Shown here piece after piece: positions 47,955 to 58,373 of a stretch of DNA of 64,000 bases. A program made the position numbers and the translations under genes. Each line of letters begins with the position of its first letter. Position 1 is the first letter of the stretch. The notes under the pieces are model-generated. The model saw only the letters and a program-made list of their open reading frames with translations, did no database searches and was not told the DNA's origin. Source of the DNA: an uncultured Clostridia bacterium (lineage in GTDB: Bacteria > Bacillota > Clostridia > Oscillospirales > Acutalibacteraceae); assembly GCA_904399395.1 (NCBI GenBank), contig CAJFPJ010000047.1, forward strand, positions 14,323 through 78,322. The letters run 5' to 3'.

Positions 47955-49586
47955 ATGGAAGCACAAAACAGAAAACCTGTGGAAATACAGGTTCGGGCAG
48001 ATGAATCCATGGGGAAGCAGGATCGCTTCTGGCGGTATGTGGGGTATGACGAGTGCAACTACACCTATATGCCCGAAGGAAAGCAGCTCCTCAATATTTT
48101 CGGCAGCCTGGAGGACGCCCCCTATTATGTCCGCACCCATTTTATGTTCTGCACGGGCAACTGTCATGGAGCCTATAAATTTGGTTCTACCAATCTTTAT
48201 ACGGAGGATGAAGAGGGAAATCCCGTGTTTGATTTCGCTTTTTACGACCGTATTTTGGATACCCAGCTGCAGTCCGGCAATAAGCCTTTTGTAGAGCTGG
48301 GCTTTATGCCCATGGATTTGGCGGATACCTCTTACGGCAAGGGAATAAAAGAAAATTGGCACGATACCTATAAGAATATTGGCTGGACGTTCCCGCCCAA
48401 GGATTATGATAAATGGCACCTGCTCATTGAGACCCTGGCAAAGCATCTTCTGGAAAAATACGGCGAAGAAGAGATAAACTCTTGGGATTTCGAGCTTTGG
48501 AACGAGCCGGATATCTTCTATTGGAGCGGTTCTGCAGCAGAATATTGCAAGCTTTACGATTATACAGAGCATGCATTCCATTCTGTTCTGCCCAAAGCCA
48601 GGCTTTCCGGCCCTGCCACCACAGGCCCCTTTGAAGGAAGCAGCTCTCAGAAATTTCTCCGGTTCTTCCTGGAGCACTGCCGTGACGGCGCCAACTATTA
48701 CAGCCAGGAAAAGGGAACCCGGCTGGATTTCATCACCTTCCATGTGAAGGGCGGCGGCTTCCCCTTTGCTGTTCCCGCCCGCACAAAGAAGGAAGATCCC
48801 TCTGTGGAGCGCTTGCTTCTGCAGGTGAAAATCGGCATGGACGTTGTCCGCGAATGCGGCTACGGAGACCGGGAGATCGTCCTTTCTGAGGCGGATCCCG
48901 ATGGATGGGCCGCCGGCGGTATGTATGATAATGCCAATATGGTCTTCCGCAACTCCGAATATTATGCCAGCTATGTAGCTTCCACCTATGTGGGGATCGA
49001 AAAGCTGGCCATGGAATACAATATGAAGGTGCGTCCTCTTGCTTGGGCTTGGACCTTCCCGGGCGAAAGCTGCTTTGAGGGTACCCGGGCCTTCACTACC
49101 CAGGGAATCGAAAAGCCCGTTCTCCACGCCTTCCGGATGCTGGCCCGCCTGGGCAGCGAAAAGGTGGCTTTGGAGAGCACCGGCGCTTCAGAAAACACAA
49201 AAGAGATCCCCGATATTTCCGGTATGGCCGCCAAGGAGTCTGCAGAGCCCGGAGCGCCTCTTGGCATTCTGCTTTACAGCCACCTGGAAGACAGAGACGC
49301 AAAGGGTGTAACCCCTGTCCGTCTGACGATATCCGGCCTTGAAGCGGGCAAAGTTCGCGTGGCCCGCTATGCGGTGGATAAGGAACACTCCAACGGCTAT
49401 GAAGAGTGGCTGCGGCAGGGTTCTCCCCTCTATCCGGATGGAGAAGTGTATGAGGCCATCCGCAAAAAGGGCCTTTTGGAAGCACCGGAAACAGAAGAAC
49501 TGGCTGTGTCTGCAGACGGGACCCTTTCTCTGGAATGGGAACTGCCTCTGCATGGCGTATGGTTCCTTTCTGTTGAAAACATATAA
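47955..49586 (+). CDS. Glycoside hydrolase family 39-like (beta-xylosidase-type), no signal peptide
   Basis: WDFELWNEPD (acid/base region) and N-terminal FWRYVGYDECNYTY. RBS gggagg precedes ATG 47955. Confidence 0.75.
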   Translation: MEAQNRKPVEIQVRADESMGKQDRFWRYVGYDECNYTYMPEGKQLLNIFGSLEDAPYYVRTHFMFCTGNCHGAYKFGSTNLYTEDEEGNPVFDFAFYDRILDTQLQSGNKPFVELGFMPMDLADTSYGKGIKENWHDTYKNIGWTFPPKDYDKWHLLIETLAKHLLEKYGEEEINSWDFELWNEPDIFYWSGSAAEYCKLYDYTEHAFHSVLPKARLSGPATTGPFEGSSSQKFLRFFLEHCRDGANYYSQEKGTRLDFITFHVKGGGFPFAVPARTKKEDPSVERLLLQVKIGMDVVRECGYGDREIVLSEADPDGWAAGGMYDNANMVFRNSEYYASYVASTYVGIEKLAMEYNMKVRPLAWAWTFPGESCFEGTRAFTTQGIEKPVLHAFRMLARLGSEKVALESTGASENTKEIPDISGMAAKESAEPGAPLGILLYSHLEDRDAKGVTPVRLTISGLEAGKVRVARYAVDKEHSNGYEEWLRQGSPLYPDGEVYEAIRKKGLLEAPETEELAVSADGTLSLEWELPLHGVWFLSVENI

Positions 49587-49932
49587 AATATCGAAATTAT
49601 ACAGTAGGAATACGGTCCTCGCCGTCTTCGGCTGCGGCTCTAATGTCCTCTGACTGCAGCTTGCCTCACGATCGGGCGGAAGGGCCGGATAAGATGATTG
49701 TATAGTTTGAAAACGGCGGAGCCATGTGTTCCGTCGTTTTCTGCACTTTTAAGGGGTTTAGGGAAAAGGGCAAAAGCAGGCTGTTGAATAGTTTTTTGTT
49801 TGTAATGAAATGGATTTTTCTTCATGTAAAAACGAATTTATGAAAGTTGCACTTTTTTAGAAACGGTGCTATAATGGCTTCAATTTATTACTTAATTGAA
49901 GAAATGAATGTATGGAATGGGGAGGAAAAACA

Positions 49933-51480
49933 GTGGATGAGAGAAGTACACATGTAGCAGAAGGGAAAAAGCGGGTAAAAATTGTGAAGACCACGCTGGA
50001 TTCCCTGCCGGCGGGAACAGGAGAACTTGCTGTAGAAGACAGCAGAAAGCTTACCCACGCGAAGATTCCAGAGGGCGTCACCCATAAGATGCTGTATGGG
50101 GACGTGGTGCGGATCGCGTGGCCTTCATTTCTGGAGCTGGTGCTGACCCAGCTCACCAGTATGGCGGACCAGATCATGGTGGGGCAGCTGCCCGGGGAGG
50201 TGGGCGTGCAGGCCCTCTCTGCCGTTGGCCTCAGCGCTCAGCCGAAATTTCTGCTCATGACCATGATGCAGGCCCTGAACGTAGGCGCCACGGCCATGGT
50301 TGCCCGCTTTCGCGGCCAGGGAAACCGGGAAAAAGCTAATGTAGTGTTCCGCCAGTCTTTGCTTTTAAACACGCTTCTGGCGGTGTTGTTTATGGTGGTG
50401 GGCATCTTTTTTGCAGGGCCCATGATCCGCTTTATGGGCGGCAGCGGGATATCGGAGGAAACTTTTGGCTATGCGGTGGAATACTTTCGAATCCAGATGT
50501 ATGGTTTCGTGCCGCTTTGTATTTCTATAACCGTAACAGCAGTTCTGCGGGGAATAGGGGATACGAAAACGCCCCTAATTTACAACACAGTCTCCAACGT
50601 GGTGAATTTGTTTTTCAACTATCTGCTGATCTACGGCAACTTTGGCTTCCCGGAGCTGCGGGTTGCAGGGGCCTCTATCGCCACCATTATTGGGCAGACA
50701 GTGGCATTCTTTATTGCCGTAATTTTTGTTATGAACAAGAAACGGTATATCTATCTGAGTTTTCGGGAAAAATTCCGTGTGGATCTGGTAATTCTGGGGA
50801 ATGTAGTCACCATAGGGATCCCTTCGATGGTAGAGCAGCTTTTCATGCGGGCGGGCATTATCATCTATACCAGGACGGTGGCCGGCTTGGGAGACGTGGC
50901 CTATGCCACTCATCAGATTTGCATGAACATACAAGCCATGAGCTTTATGACAGGCCAGGCTTTCTCCAATTCCGCCACCACCCTTATGGGGCAGTGTCTG
51001 GGCAAAAACCGGGTGGATATGGCAGAAATCTATATGCGGCACACCCGGCGTATAGGGCTCATCGTTTCCCTCTTCTTGGCTGCAGGCCTGATCTTTTTTG
51101 GGGGCGACGTGGTGTGGCTCTATAACCAGACCGAGGAGATTGTGGCCTTGGGCGGCAATATTCTCATCATGGTGGGGCTTATCCAGCCTTTTCAGTCCAG
51201 CCAGTTTATCGTATCCGGCGGCCTGCGGGGCGCGGGGGATACCAAATTCCCGGCTGCCGTTATGTTTGTAACGGTTCTGATTGTCCGAAGCGGCTTGGCT
51301 CTGCTTCTTGTGAATGTGTGTAATCTGGGGCTTTGGGGCGCTTGGTATGCTTTGGTGGCAGATCAGCTCCTGCGAACCCTTTTGATTGTGCTCCATTACC
51401 GCACAGGAAAATGGCGGTTTATTAAGCTGCGCGGGCAGGAACCCGAAAAGGCGGAGAGTAAGCCGAAAACCGCCCAGTGA
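49933..51480 (+). CDS. MATE family efflux transporter
   Basis: 12-TM pattern, with IAWPSFLELVLTQLTSMADQIMVGQL and GLRGAGDTKFP. The start is uncertain: GTG 49933 with RBS ggggagg, or ATG 49912 or 50089. Confidence 0.85.
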   Translation: MDERSTHVAEGKKRVKIVKTTLDSLPAGTGELAVEDSRKLTHAKIPEGVTHKMLYGDVVRIAWPSFLELVLTQLTSMADQIMVGQLPGEVGVQALSAVGLSAQPKFLLMTMMQALNVGATAMVARFRGQGNREKANVVFRQSLLLNTLLAVLFMVVGIFFAGPMIRFMGGSGISEETFGYAVEYFRIQMYGFVPLCISITVTAVLRGIGDTKTPLIYNTVSNVVNLFFNYLLIYGNFGFPELRVAGASIATIIGQTVAFFIAVIFVMNKKRYIYLSFREKFRVDLVILGNVVTIGIPSMVEQLFMRAGIIIYTRTVAGLGDVAYATHQICMNIQAMSFMTGQAFSNSATTLMGQCLGKNRVDMAEIYMRHTRRIGLIVSLFLAAGLIFFGGDVVWLYNQTEEIVALGGNILIMVGLIQPFQSSQFIVSGGLRGAGDTKFPAAVMFVTVLIVRSGLALLLVNVCNLGLWGAWYALVADQLLRTLLIVLHYRTGKWRFIKLRGQEPEKAESKPKTAQ

Positions 51481-51524
51481 GGGAAAAGAAATACGCTCCC
51501 TGAGCGGTTAAAGATCGAAGAGAA

Positions 51525-51564
51525 AAACAGCGCCTTCCGGATTTTCATCCGGAAGGCGCTGTTT
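51525..51564. terminator. Bidirectional terminator (aaacagcgccttccgga/tccggaaggcgctgttt)
   Basis: 17-bp stem between the convergent MATE and GNAT genes. Confidence 0.75.
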
Positions 51565-51740
51565 AGCAGAGTGTGAATCAACATTTTTCACTAGTTAAAA
51601 TACGTTTCATATGCGATATAGACCGGTTGGGTTTTTCAGGAAGTTTTATAATTCTGTATAGGCTGCATTGCATAATCTCGGGCTTTGACCCAGGGCGACA
51701 GAAGGGTGCAGAATAGAGTAAGAACGGCCGAAAGTATACC

Positions 51741-52133
51741 TCACTTACATGCAAATGTCTCCAGCTGCCCGCTGAGCATGTGGGTAAATCCAAAGCGATC
51801 GTAAAAAGGCTTTAAAGACTCTTCAAATATTACGGAGATCATGTATATATGTTTGGATTGCAAATACCCGATCATCCGTTCCATCAGTTTTGTACCGATT
51901 CCCTTTCCCTGATAATCCGGATGAACCATCAGATCCTGAATATACGCATCTGTGACAGTATTTGATACGCAGTCAATATAAGCAATCAGCGCGTTGCCGT
52001 CATATACCGCAATGTGGTAATAGGACATCATGGAAGGGTTCCGATAACAATCCTCCATCCGGTTCCAACCGACTGCCTGCCTTAAATCTGCCAGGGCGTT
52101 TGCCGGAACTGATTCGTTTTCTTTGTAAATCAT
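51741..52133 (-). CDS. GNAT family N-acetyltransferase
   Basis: VHPDYQGKGIGTKLM (motif A) and FYDRFGF. Confidence 0.85.
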   Translation of the reverse strand: MIYKENESVPANALADLRQAVGWNRMEDCYRNPSMMSYYHIAVYDGNALIAYIDCVSNTVTDAYIQDLMVHPDYQGKGIGTKLMERMIGYLQSKHIYMISVIFEESLKPFYDRFGFTHMLSGQLETFACK

Positions 52134-52223
52134 TGCATATGCCTCCCTTTATGCTCCTTTGCAGTTCAAATGGAAGATACGGGCGTCACCACCCATACTG
52201 GCGCCGGCAGATTGACCATTAAA

Positions 52224-52262
52224 CAAAAAAACTACCTTTCTCCAGCGGACAAAGGTAGTTTT
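52224..52262 (-). terminator. tRNA-Val terminator
   Basis: aactaccttt/aaaggtagtt stem with a U7 run on the minus strand, immediately 3' of the tRNA. Confidence 0.7.
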
Positions 52263-52264
52263 CA

Positions 52265-52341
52265 TGGTGGACGATATAGGACTCGAACCTATGACCCTTC
52301 GCACGTCAAGCGAATGCTCTAGCCAGCTGAGCTAATCGTCC
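52265..52341 (-). tRNA. tRNA-Val (anticodon GAC), CCA encoded
   Basis: Hand-folded cloverleaf. Acceptor GGACGAU/AUCGUCC, D stem GCUC/GAGC, anticodon stem UUCGC/GCGAA with loop UUGACGU, T stem AUAGG/CCUAU with loop UUCGAGU. Confidence 0.95.
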
Positions 52342-52358
52342 AAACTTGATGCTTGTCT

Positions 52359-52387
52359 ATTATAGCGCGGAGCCGCTGAAATTGCAA
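52359..52387 (-). promoter_or_regulatory. SigA promoter of tRNA-Val (TTGCAA-N17-TATAAT)
   Basis: The minus strand reads TTGCAAtttcagcggctccgcgcTATAAT, 17 nt upstream of the mature tRNA 5' end. Confidence 0.65.
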
Positions 52388-52690
52388 GAGAAAATACAAA
52401 ATTTCAAGAAATTTTTCTGTGAGTAGTAGAAAAGCTCTGTGGAATTCCCGGAATACTGTCGGAAAAGTTTCCTTGCAAATGGGGAAAGGGTGGCCTATAA
52501 TCGTAATAGCTGATGCTGCATGATACATGCAGAAAAGCGCTGTAACAGAAACTATACCGCAGGCGGCAGCAGCCGGATAAAGGGGCCGGAAATTTCTGTT
52601 TTCCGGTGCCTGCGTTTGTGTGTTTTTCCGTACTTGAGCATGTGCACGCATATGTGTATGTGCGGCAGAGCCGAAAAGGAGCTGATTTGC

Positions 52691-53572
52691 ATGATAGCTG
52701 AAAGAAACCAAAGCGAAAGCGTGGGCCTTATTCTGGAAGGAGGAGGCACGCGGGGGGCTTATACCAGCGGCGTATTGGATGTTTTTCTCAGGGAGCATGT
52801 CACATTCCCCACAGTATACGGAATTTCTGCCGGAGCCTGCAATGCCGTAAGTTATATCTCGGGCCAGGAGGGCCGGAATTTCCGCATCTTTTATGAATAT
52901 ATAACAGACGAGCGGTATTTGAGCATTACAAGCCTCTATAAAACGGGCTCTCTTTTTGGGTTCGATTTTATTTTCGGGGAACTTTTTCATACGCTCCTGC
53001 CGCTGGATTATGAAGCTTTCTTCCAATCACCCATAGAGCTAAGGGCCGGGGCCACAGATCTCAACACGGGAAAGGCTGTGTTTTTTGGGAAAAAGGATAT
53101 GGATGAAGATTTGACGCCGGTGCGGGCCTCCAGCTCCCTTCCTTTTGTATCCCCTATCGTATCCTATAAGGGATATGAACTTTTGGATGGAGGCTGTGCC
53201 ATGCCCATCCCTCTGGAGCAATCCATAGCGGATGGAAATGACCGCCACGTGGTGGTCCTCACAAGGGACATTACCTACCGCAAGCGCCCCCGGCCGGAAT
53301 TTCCCAGGGCGGTCCTGCGGGTCAAGTATGGGGACTACCCCGAATTTGTGCGCACTATGATGGAAAGAGGCTTGGAATATAACCGGGAACTGGATCTCTG
53401 CCGGAAGATGGAGCGGGAGGGAAGCGTCGTCGTTGTTCGCCCCAGCCGGCCTTTGGCGGTGAGCCGGTATGAGAAGAATCCCGAAAATCTGAAGGCTATC
53501 TATGAGCTGGGAGTGCGGGACGCCCAGGAGAAGCTTCCGGAAATTTTTTCCCTGCTGGAAAAGAGAACGTAA
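52691..53572 (+). CDS. Patatin-like phospholipase
   Basis: GLILEGGGTRG, the GISAG nucleophile elbow, and a downstream DGG. RBS aaaaggag. The upstream part of the ORF is rejected. Confidence 0.85.
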   Translation: MIAERNQSESVGLILEGGGTRGAYTSGVLDVFLREHVTFPTVYGISAGACNAVSYISGQEGRNFRIFYEYITDERYLSITSLYKTGSLFGFDFIFGELFHTLLPLDYEAFFQSPIELRAGATDLNTGKAVFFGKKDMDEDLTPVRASSSLPFVSPIVSYKGYELLDGGCAMPIPLEQSIADGNDRHVVVLTRDITYRKRPRPEFPRAVLRVKYGDYPEFVRTMMERGLEYNRELDLCRKMEREGSVVVVRPSRPLAVSRYEKNPENLKAIYELGVRDAQEKLPEIFSLLEKRT

Positions 53573-53711
53573 TTCTGAGGATAGCGTCTGCCTGCAGGGC
53601 GCTCTTTAAGGACTAAACCGGGGCTAAAGCCCGTATATATGGCTGTGCGGCAGCACGGCGATTCAGTCGCCGGGCTCTGGCGCGGAGAGACCCAAAAAAG
53701 GGGGCTGCAAA

Positions 53712-54476
53712 ATGAATTATAACCAGCTCATTCTGATGGCGTCGGATCTGGGGCATCTGCTATTGAGCAGCGGCGCGGAGATCTACCGGGTGGAGGAATC
53801 CATGAACCGGCTTCTGGATGCCTATGGGGTGGAGCATAACGATGTGTTTGCTATCCCCAACTGCATTTTTGTTACGATCACAACCCCTGAAGGGGAAACC
53901 ATCACCAAGATCCGGAGAGTGCACCGGCGGGCCAATAATCTGGACCGGGTGGACCGGGCCAACGATCTGTGCAGGCGCATCTGCCGGGAAAAGCCCCCTG
54001 TGGAGGCGGCCGCAAAGGAGATTCGGAGAATCGCTTCCAGGCCGGTTTACGGCGTTTGGACGCAGACCGTTGCTTTTTGTCTTGTGAGCTTCTTTTTTAC
54101 CCTCTTTTGGGGAGGCGTTCTGGCAGACGCGGTCTGCTCCGTTGTGTGCAGCATTTGCATGAAGGGGATCCTGCTTCTGAACGCCCGCCTGAAGGCCTAT
54201 GATTTTTTAACCAATCTGATGGCCAGCGCGGTTGCGGCTTTGATCGCCACTTCTGCCGTGAGCCTTGGCCTGGCGGTGCATTACGATAAGATCATTATCG
54301 GCGCCCTGATGACGCTGGTGCCCGGGATCACGATCACCACTTTTATGCGGGATATTATGGCGGGCGACCTGGTGGCCGGCCTGCAGAGGCTTACGGAAAG
54401 CCTTCTGGTGGCCACGGCTATCGCTCTGGGCGTGGGCCTTGTGCTTATGGCGCCGCGCCTTTTGTGGGGCGTGTGA
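53712..54476 (+). CDS. Threonine/serine exporter family protein (ThrE N-type, DUF1212)
   Basis: LLSSGAEIYRVEESMNRLLDAYG signature plus 5 TMs. Confidence 0.85.
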   Translation: MNYNQLILMASDLGHLLLSSGAEIYRVEESMNRLLDAYGVEHNDVFAIPNCIFVTITTPEGETITKIRRVHRRANNLDRVDRANDLCRRICREKPPVEAAAKEIRRIASRPVYGVWTQTVAFCLVSFFFTLFWGGVLADAVCSVVCSICMKGILLLNARLKAYDFLTNLMASAVAALIATSAVSLGLAVHYDKIIIGALMTLVPGITITTFMRDIMAGDLVAGLQRLTESLLVATAIALGVGLVLMAPRLLWGV

Positions 54477-54534
54477 GCGCGTGTGCCGGAGAGTCTGAGA
54501 GAAAATACCGCCGCAGAGGCAGGAGAGTGAAACG

Positions 54535-54981
54535 ATGGAATACATGCAGGTTCTGTATGCGTTTTTTGCATGCCTGGGGGGCTGCCTTATCTTCAATGTC
54601 AGAGGGAAGGAGCTTTTTCTGATGCCGCTTGGTGGGGCTGTGGGCTGGTTTGTGTATCTTCTGGCGGCCCCTTTCGGCAATGATATTTTTCAAAATTTTG
54701 CCGGAACTGTGGTTCTTTCCATATATGCGGAGCTTATGGCGCGCCTGCGGAGAAAACCGGCCACAGGGTATCTTTTGGTGGCGCTTTTTCCCCTTGTGCC
54801 CGGGGGGGGCATTTACTACACTATGGAATACTGCATCGCGGGCAATACGGATCTGTTTTTGGAAACGGGCCTGCATACTTTAGGTGTGGCGGGCGTATTG
54901 GCTCTGGGAGTCCTTCTGGTCTCCTCTGTGGTCCGCATGTTCGGCCGCTCCCCCGGCCTGGCGGATGGAAATCGCAGATAG
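54535..54981 (+). CDS. Threonine/serine exporter family protein (DUF3815 partner)
   Basis: 148-aa 4-5 TM protein directly downstream, the typical pairing. Confidence 0.8.
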   Translation: MEYMQVLYAFFACLGGCLIFNVRGKELFLMPLGGAVGWFVYLLAAPFGNDIFQNFAGTVVLSIYAELMARLRRKPATGYLLVALFPLVPGGGIYYTMEYCIAGNTDLFLETGLHTLGVAGVLALGVLLVSSVVRMFGRSPGLADGNRR

Positions 54982-55184
54982 CCCGAATAGGGAGCTGTTT
55001 TCTCATATGTATCTGAATTGTCTGTTTTGCATAGAGCGGCAGGAAATGCGGGCCGCTATTTGTTAGGTATACGGTGCTTTTCCAAAAGTCCCCGTATTGC
55101 TTTTTCTTCCTGTTTGCGGTATACTAATATTCCCGAAGTGTGGTTGTATGAAAAAGTTGTTTAAAGATAAAGGAGGTGAGACCT

Positions 55185-55742
55185 GTGGGCCGTATTCAAA
55201 AATGGGATGAGCGTGTGCTGGCTTTTATTCAGCGCAATATGCACTGCTCTTTTCTGGACGCTGTAATGCCTGTTGTTTCCGCACTGGGCAATTTTGGAGG
55301 CGTATGGCTCGTGACAGGGCTGGCCTTTTTATGTATTCCCCATTACCGGATCAATGGAATCGTGCTTCTTTCCATGCTTTCCATGGGCGTTCTGGTGGGG
55401 AATATCTGCGTGAAGCCTTTTGTGGCCCGTCTGCGTCCCTGCCACCGCTATCCGGAGTGGCCGCTGCTTGTGAACAGGCCGAAGGATTATTCCTTCCCCT
55501 CCTGCCATACGCTGGCTGCCTTTATTTCCGTCCCTATCCTGATGTGGACAAATCCCCTGATAGGCATAGCGGGGCTTACTATGGCTGTGTTGATCGCTTT
55601 TTCCAGAATGTATCTGTTCGTGCATTATCCCAGCGATGTGCTGGCAGCTATGATTATGGGGCTGACGATGCCTGTGAGCGTGGTGCTGATCCTGGTTCGG
55701 ATCTTCGGCGGAATTTACCGCCGCCGGCAGTTTGGCGTGTGA
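55185..55742 (+). CDS. PAP2 family phosphatase (undecaprenyl-diphosphate/PG-phosphate phosphatase-like)
   Basis: KPFVARLRP, PSCH and SRMYLFVHYPSD make up the tripartite PAP2 motif. GTG start 8 nt after an aggagg RBS. Confidence 0.85.
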   Translation: MGRIQKWDERVLAFIQRNMHCSFLDAVMPVVSALGNFGGVWLVTGLAFLCIPHYRINGIVLLSMLSMGVLVGNICVKPFVARLRPCHRYPEWPLLVNRPKDYSFPSCHTLAAFISVPILMWTNPLIGIAGLTMAVLIAFSRMYLFVHYPSDVLAAMIMGLTMPVSVVLILVRIFGGIYRRRQFGV

Positions 55743-55988
55743 TGTTCTTGCCGGGCGGGAGATGCCTGCGGGGCAGAATCCGGATGTGGTTTTTATACTC
55801 TTTATTGTGCTTTTGAGGGCCTTCCGTCCATTTTGCGGCGGAAGGCTCTTCCTGTATGCTGTTGTGAAAGCGAATGCGGGAAAAAGCGAGCGTCCTGTTT
55901 TTCTTCCTGCCTCTACTTCCCGAACAGCTGTTTTTATGGTATAATAATTTGGATTTATGCCTGCAGGAAGATACACGGGGAGGCGGAT

Positions 55989-56486
55989 ATGGTAATAATG
56001 GGAATAGACCCCGGTTATGCGATTGTGGGGTATGGTGTGATCGAGGCCCGGGCGGGGAGATTCCTTCCTTTAGAGCATGGGGCCGTCACCACCGAAGCCG
56101 GTGAAAATTTCAGCAGGCGGCTGGAAATCATCTATGAGGATGTGACCACCGTTCTGCAAAAATGGCGACCTGGGGCCCTGAGCCTGGAAAAACTCTATTT
56201 TACCAATAATAAGACCACGGCTATCGGCGTTGCCGAGGCCAGGGGGGTGATCCTCTTGGCGGCCCAGCAGAACCGGGTGCCGGTGTTTGAGTATACGCCC
56301 CTGCAGGTGAAGCAGGCGGTTACGGGTTACGGCCAGGCGGAAAAACGCCAGGTCATGGAGATGACCCGGAGGCTGCTGCACCTCAAAGAAGTGCCCAAGC
56401 CCGACGATACGGCGGACGCATTGGCTATGGCCATCTGCCACGGTCAGGCGGCGGGCAGCGCCTTGCGCAGGACGCTTCTCCGCTGA
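55989..56486 (+). CDS. ruvC: Holliday junction resolvase RuvC
   Basis: MGIDPGYAIVGYGV...KPDDTADALAMAICH. Confidence 0.9.
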   Translation: MVIMGIDPGYAIVGYGVIEARAGRFLPLEHGAVTTEAGENFSRRLEIIYEDVTTVLQKWRPGALSLEKLYFTNNKTTAIGVAEARGVILLAAQQNRVPVFEYTPLQVKQAVTGYGQAEKRQVMEMTRRLLHLKEVPKPDDTADALAMAICHGQAAGSALRRTLLR

Positions 56487-56608
56487 GAGGCCGGGAAAAC
56501 GCGGCCGAAAAAGCGGCCCTGTGTTTTGCGGTTTGCATTTTAAACGAGTAGGTAAAAATCCGCGGTGCAATGGCTGCGGAAACTGGTATATACAGAAGGA
56601 GCATAAAA

Positions 56609-57211
56609 ATGCTGTATAGCGTGAAGGGAAAATTGATCCACACCGAGCCGGGAATCGCCGTGGTGGAGTGCGGCGGCGTCGGGTTCAAATGCTTTGTCAC
56701 CATGCACACGCAGAGGAATCTCCCGAAGCTGGGGGAAGAGGCGATGCTCTTTACGCACCTGAACGTGCGGGAGGACGCCATGGATCTTTTCGGTTTTTAC
56801 AGCCGGTCTGAAATGAGCTGCTTCAAGATGCTCACCAGCGTTTCCGGTGTGGGGCCCAAGGTGGGGCTGGCCATTTTGAGCGAGCTTTCCCCGGAGCAGG
56901 TGGCCATGGCCGTGGCTTCAGGGGATAGCAAGACCCTCTCAAGAGCCAGCGGCGTGGGCCCAAAGCTGGCCCAGCGCATCGCTTTGGAGCTGAAGGATAA
57001 GGTCAAGAAAATGGAGGGCTCCGGGGGCGTTGCCCTGCCGGAAGGCGGGGTTCCCTCTGCGGCGGGGAACGCGGCCAACGCCGTGCAGGCCCTGGCTGTT
57101 TTGGGATACACCCCTGCGGATGCGGCGGCAGTTGTAGCTAAATTTGACAGCAGCCTGCCCACCGAGGAGCTGATCCGGCTTTCTCTGAAAGCTATGGCGA
57201 GCCGGTTCTAA
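56609..57211 (+). CDS. ruvA: Holliday junction branch migration protein RuvA
   Basis: MLYSVKGKLIHTEPGIAVVECGGVGF and the HhH motifs GVGPKVG/GVGPKLA. Confidence 0.92.
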   Translation: MLYSVKGKLIHTEPGIAVVECGGVGFKCFVTMHTQRNLPKLGEEAMLFTHLNVREDAMDLFGFYSRSEMSCFKMLTSVSGVGPKVGLAILSELSPEQVAMAVASGDSKTLSRASGVGPKLAQRIALELKDKVKKMEGSGGVALPEGGVPSAAGNAANAVQALAVLGYTPADAAAVVAKFDSSLPTEELIRLSLKAMASRF

Positions 57212-57292
57212 CCTTTTTTAGTTTCTGCCCGGGCAGGAAAACTTCGGGCAGAAGCTGGGTTGGCGGAAACCAGATGAAAGGAGGAGGCGCCT

Positions 57293-58360
57293 GTGCTGGA
57301 AAGCCAGAACGAATATGAATACGATTTTGAAAACCGAATGGTATCGCCGGAGTATGTGCCGGAGGACGCGGATACGGAAAATCCTCTGCGCCCCAAAACC
57401 CTTTCGGAATATATAGGCCAGGAAAAGGCAAAGGAAAACCTTTCTATCTTTATAGAGGCGGCCAAGCAGAGAAAAGAAAGCCTGGATCACGTTTTGCTCT
57501 ATGGCCCTCCCGGCCTGGGCAAGACCACCCTGGCGGGAATCATCGCCAACGAGCTGCATGTGAACCTGCGAATCACTTCGGGCCCGGCCATTGAAAAGCC
57601 GGGGGATCTGGCCGCTCTCCTTACGAATTTGAACCCGGGGGACGTGCTCTTCATCGACGAGGTGCACCGCCTCTCCCGCAGCGTGGAAGAGATTTTGTAT
57701 CCGGCTATGGAGGATTTCGCCCTGGATATTATCACCGGCAAGGGGCAGATGGCGGCTTCTTACCATCTGCCGCTGCCGAAATTCACCCTGGTGGGGGCCA
57801 CTACCAGGGCGGGCCAGCTTTCCGCCCCCCTGCGGGACCGCTTTGGCGTAGTGCTCCGCCTGGAGCTTTACACGCCCCAGGAGCTGGCGAAGATCGTCAC
57901 CCGCAGCGCCCATATTCTCAATATCCCCATTGAGGCGGACGGCGCTTTGGAGATCGCCTCCCGCAGCCGGGGGACGCCCCGCATCGCCAACCGGATGCTC
58001 CGCCGCGTGCGGGATTTTGCCCAGGTGATCAGCGACGGCGTCATCACTCTGGAGAGCGCCCGCATCGGGCTGGACCGCATGGAGGTGGACGAGATCGGCC
58101 TGGATGCCAACGACCGCCGAATGCTTTCCACCCTGATTAAGTTTTATAAGGGCGGCCCTGTTGGGCTGGAAACTTTGGCGGCCGCCATCGGGGAAGAGGC
58201 CGTCACCATTGAAGATGTATATGAGCCCTATCTGATGCAGATCGGCTTTTTGAGCAGAACGCCCCGGGGGCGCTGCGCCACGCCGGCGGCCTACCTGCAC
58301 CTGGGGCTGACGCCTCCCGGAGGGGATCAGGGGTCGATGGATCAACAAACCCTTTTCTGA
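57293..58360 (+). CDS. ruvB: Holliday junction DNA helicase RuvB
   Basis: [21 protein letters not shown] and DEVHRL. Confidence 0.95.
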   Translation: MLESQNEYEYDFENRMVSPEYVPEDADTENPLRPKTLSEYIGQEKAKENLSIFIEAAKQRKESLDHVLLYGPPGLGKTTLAGIIANELHVNLRITSGPAIEKPGDLAALLTNLNPGDVLFIDEVHRLSRSVEEILYPAMEDFALDIITGKGQMAASYHLPLPKFTLVGATTRAGQLSAPLRDRFGVVLRLELYTPQELAKIVTRSAHILNIPIEADGALEIASRSRGTPRIANRMLRRVRDFAQVISDGVITLESARIGLDRMEVDEIGLDANDRRMLSTLIKFYKGGPVGLETLAAAIGEEAVTIEDVYEPYLMQIGFLSRTPRGRCATPAAYLHLGLTPPGGDQGSMDQQTLF

Positions 58361-58373
58361 GGGATCCGAAAGC

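Noticed and set aside
52319-53026. 235-aa minus-strand ORF, and the first 57 codons of plus-strand ORF 52520-53572.
   Set aside because: The minus ORF overlaps the tRNA-Val gene, its promoter and the patatin gene. The patatin start is set by RBS aaaaggag plus ATG 52691, just before the GGGTRG motif.
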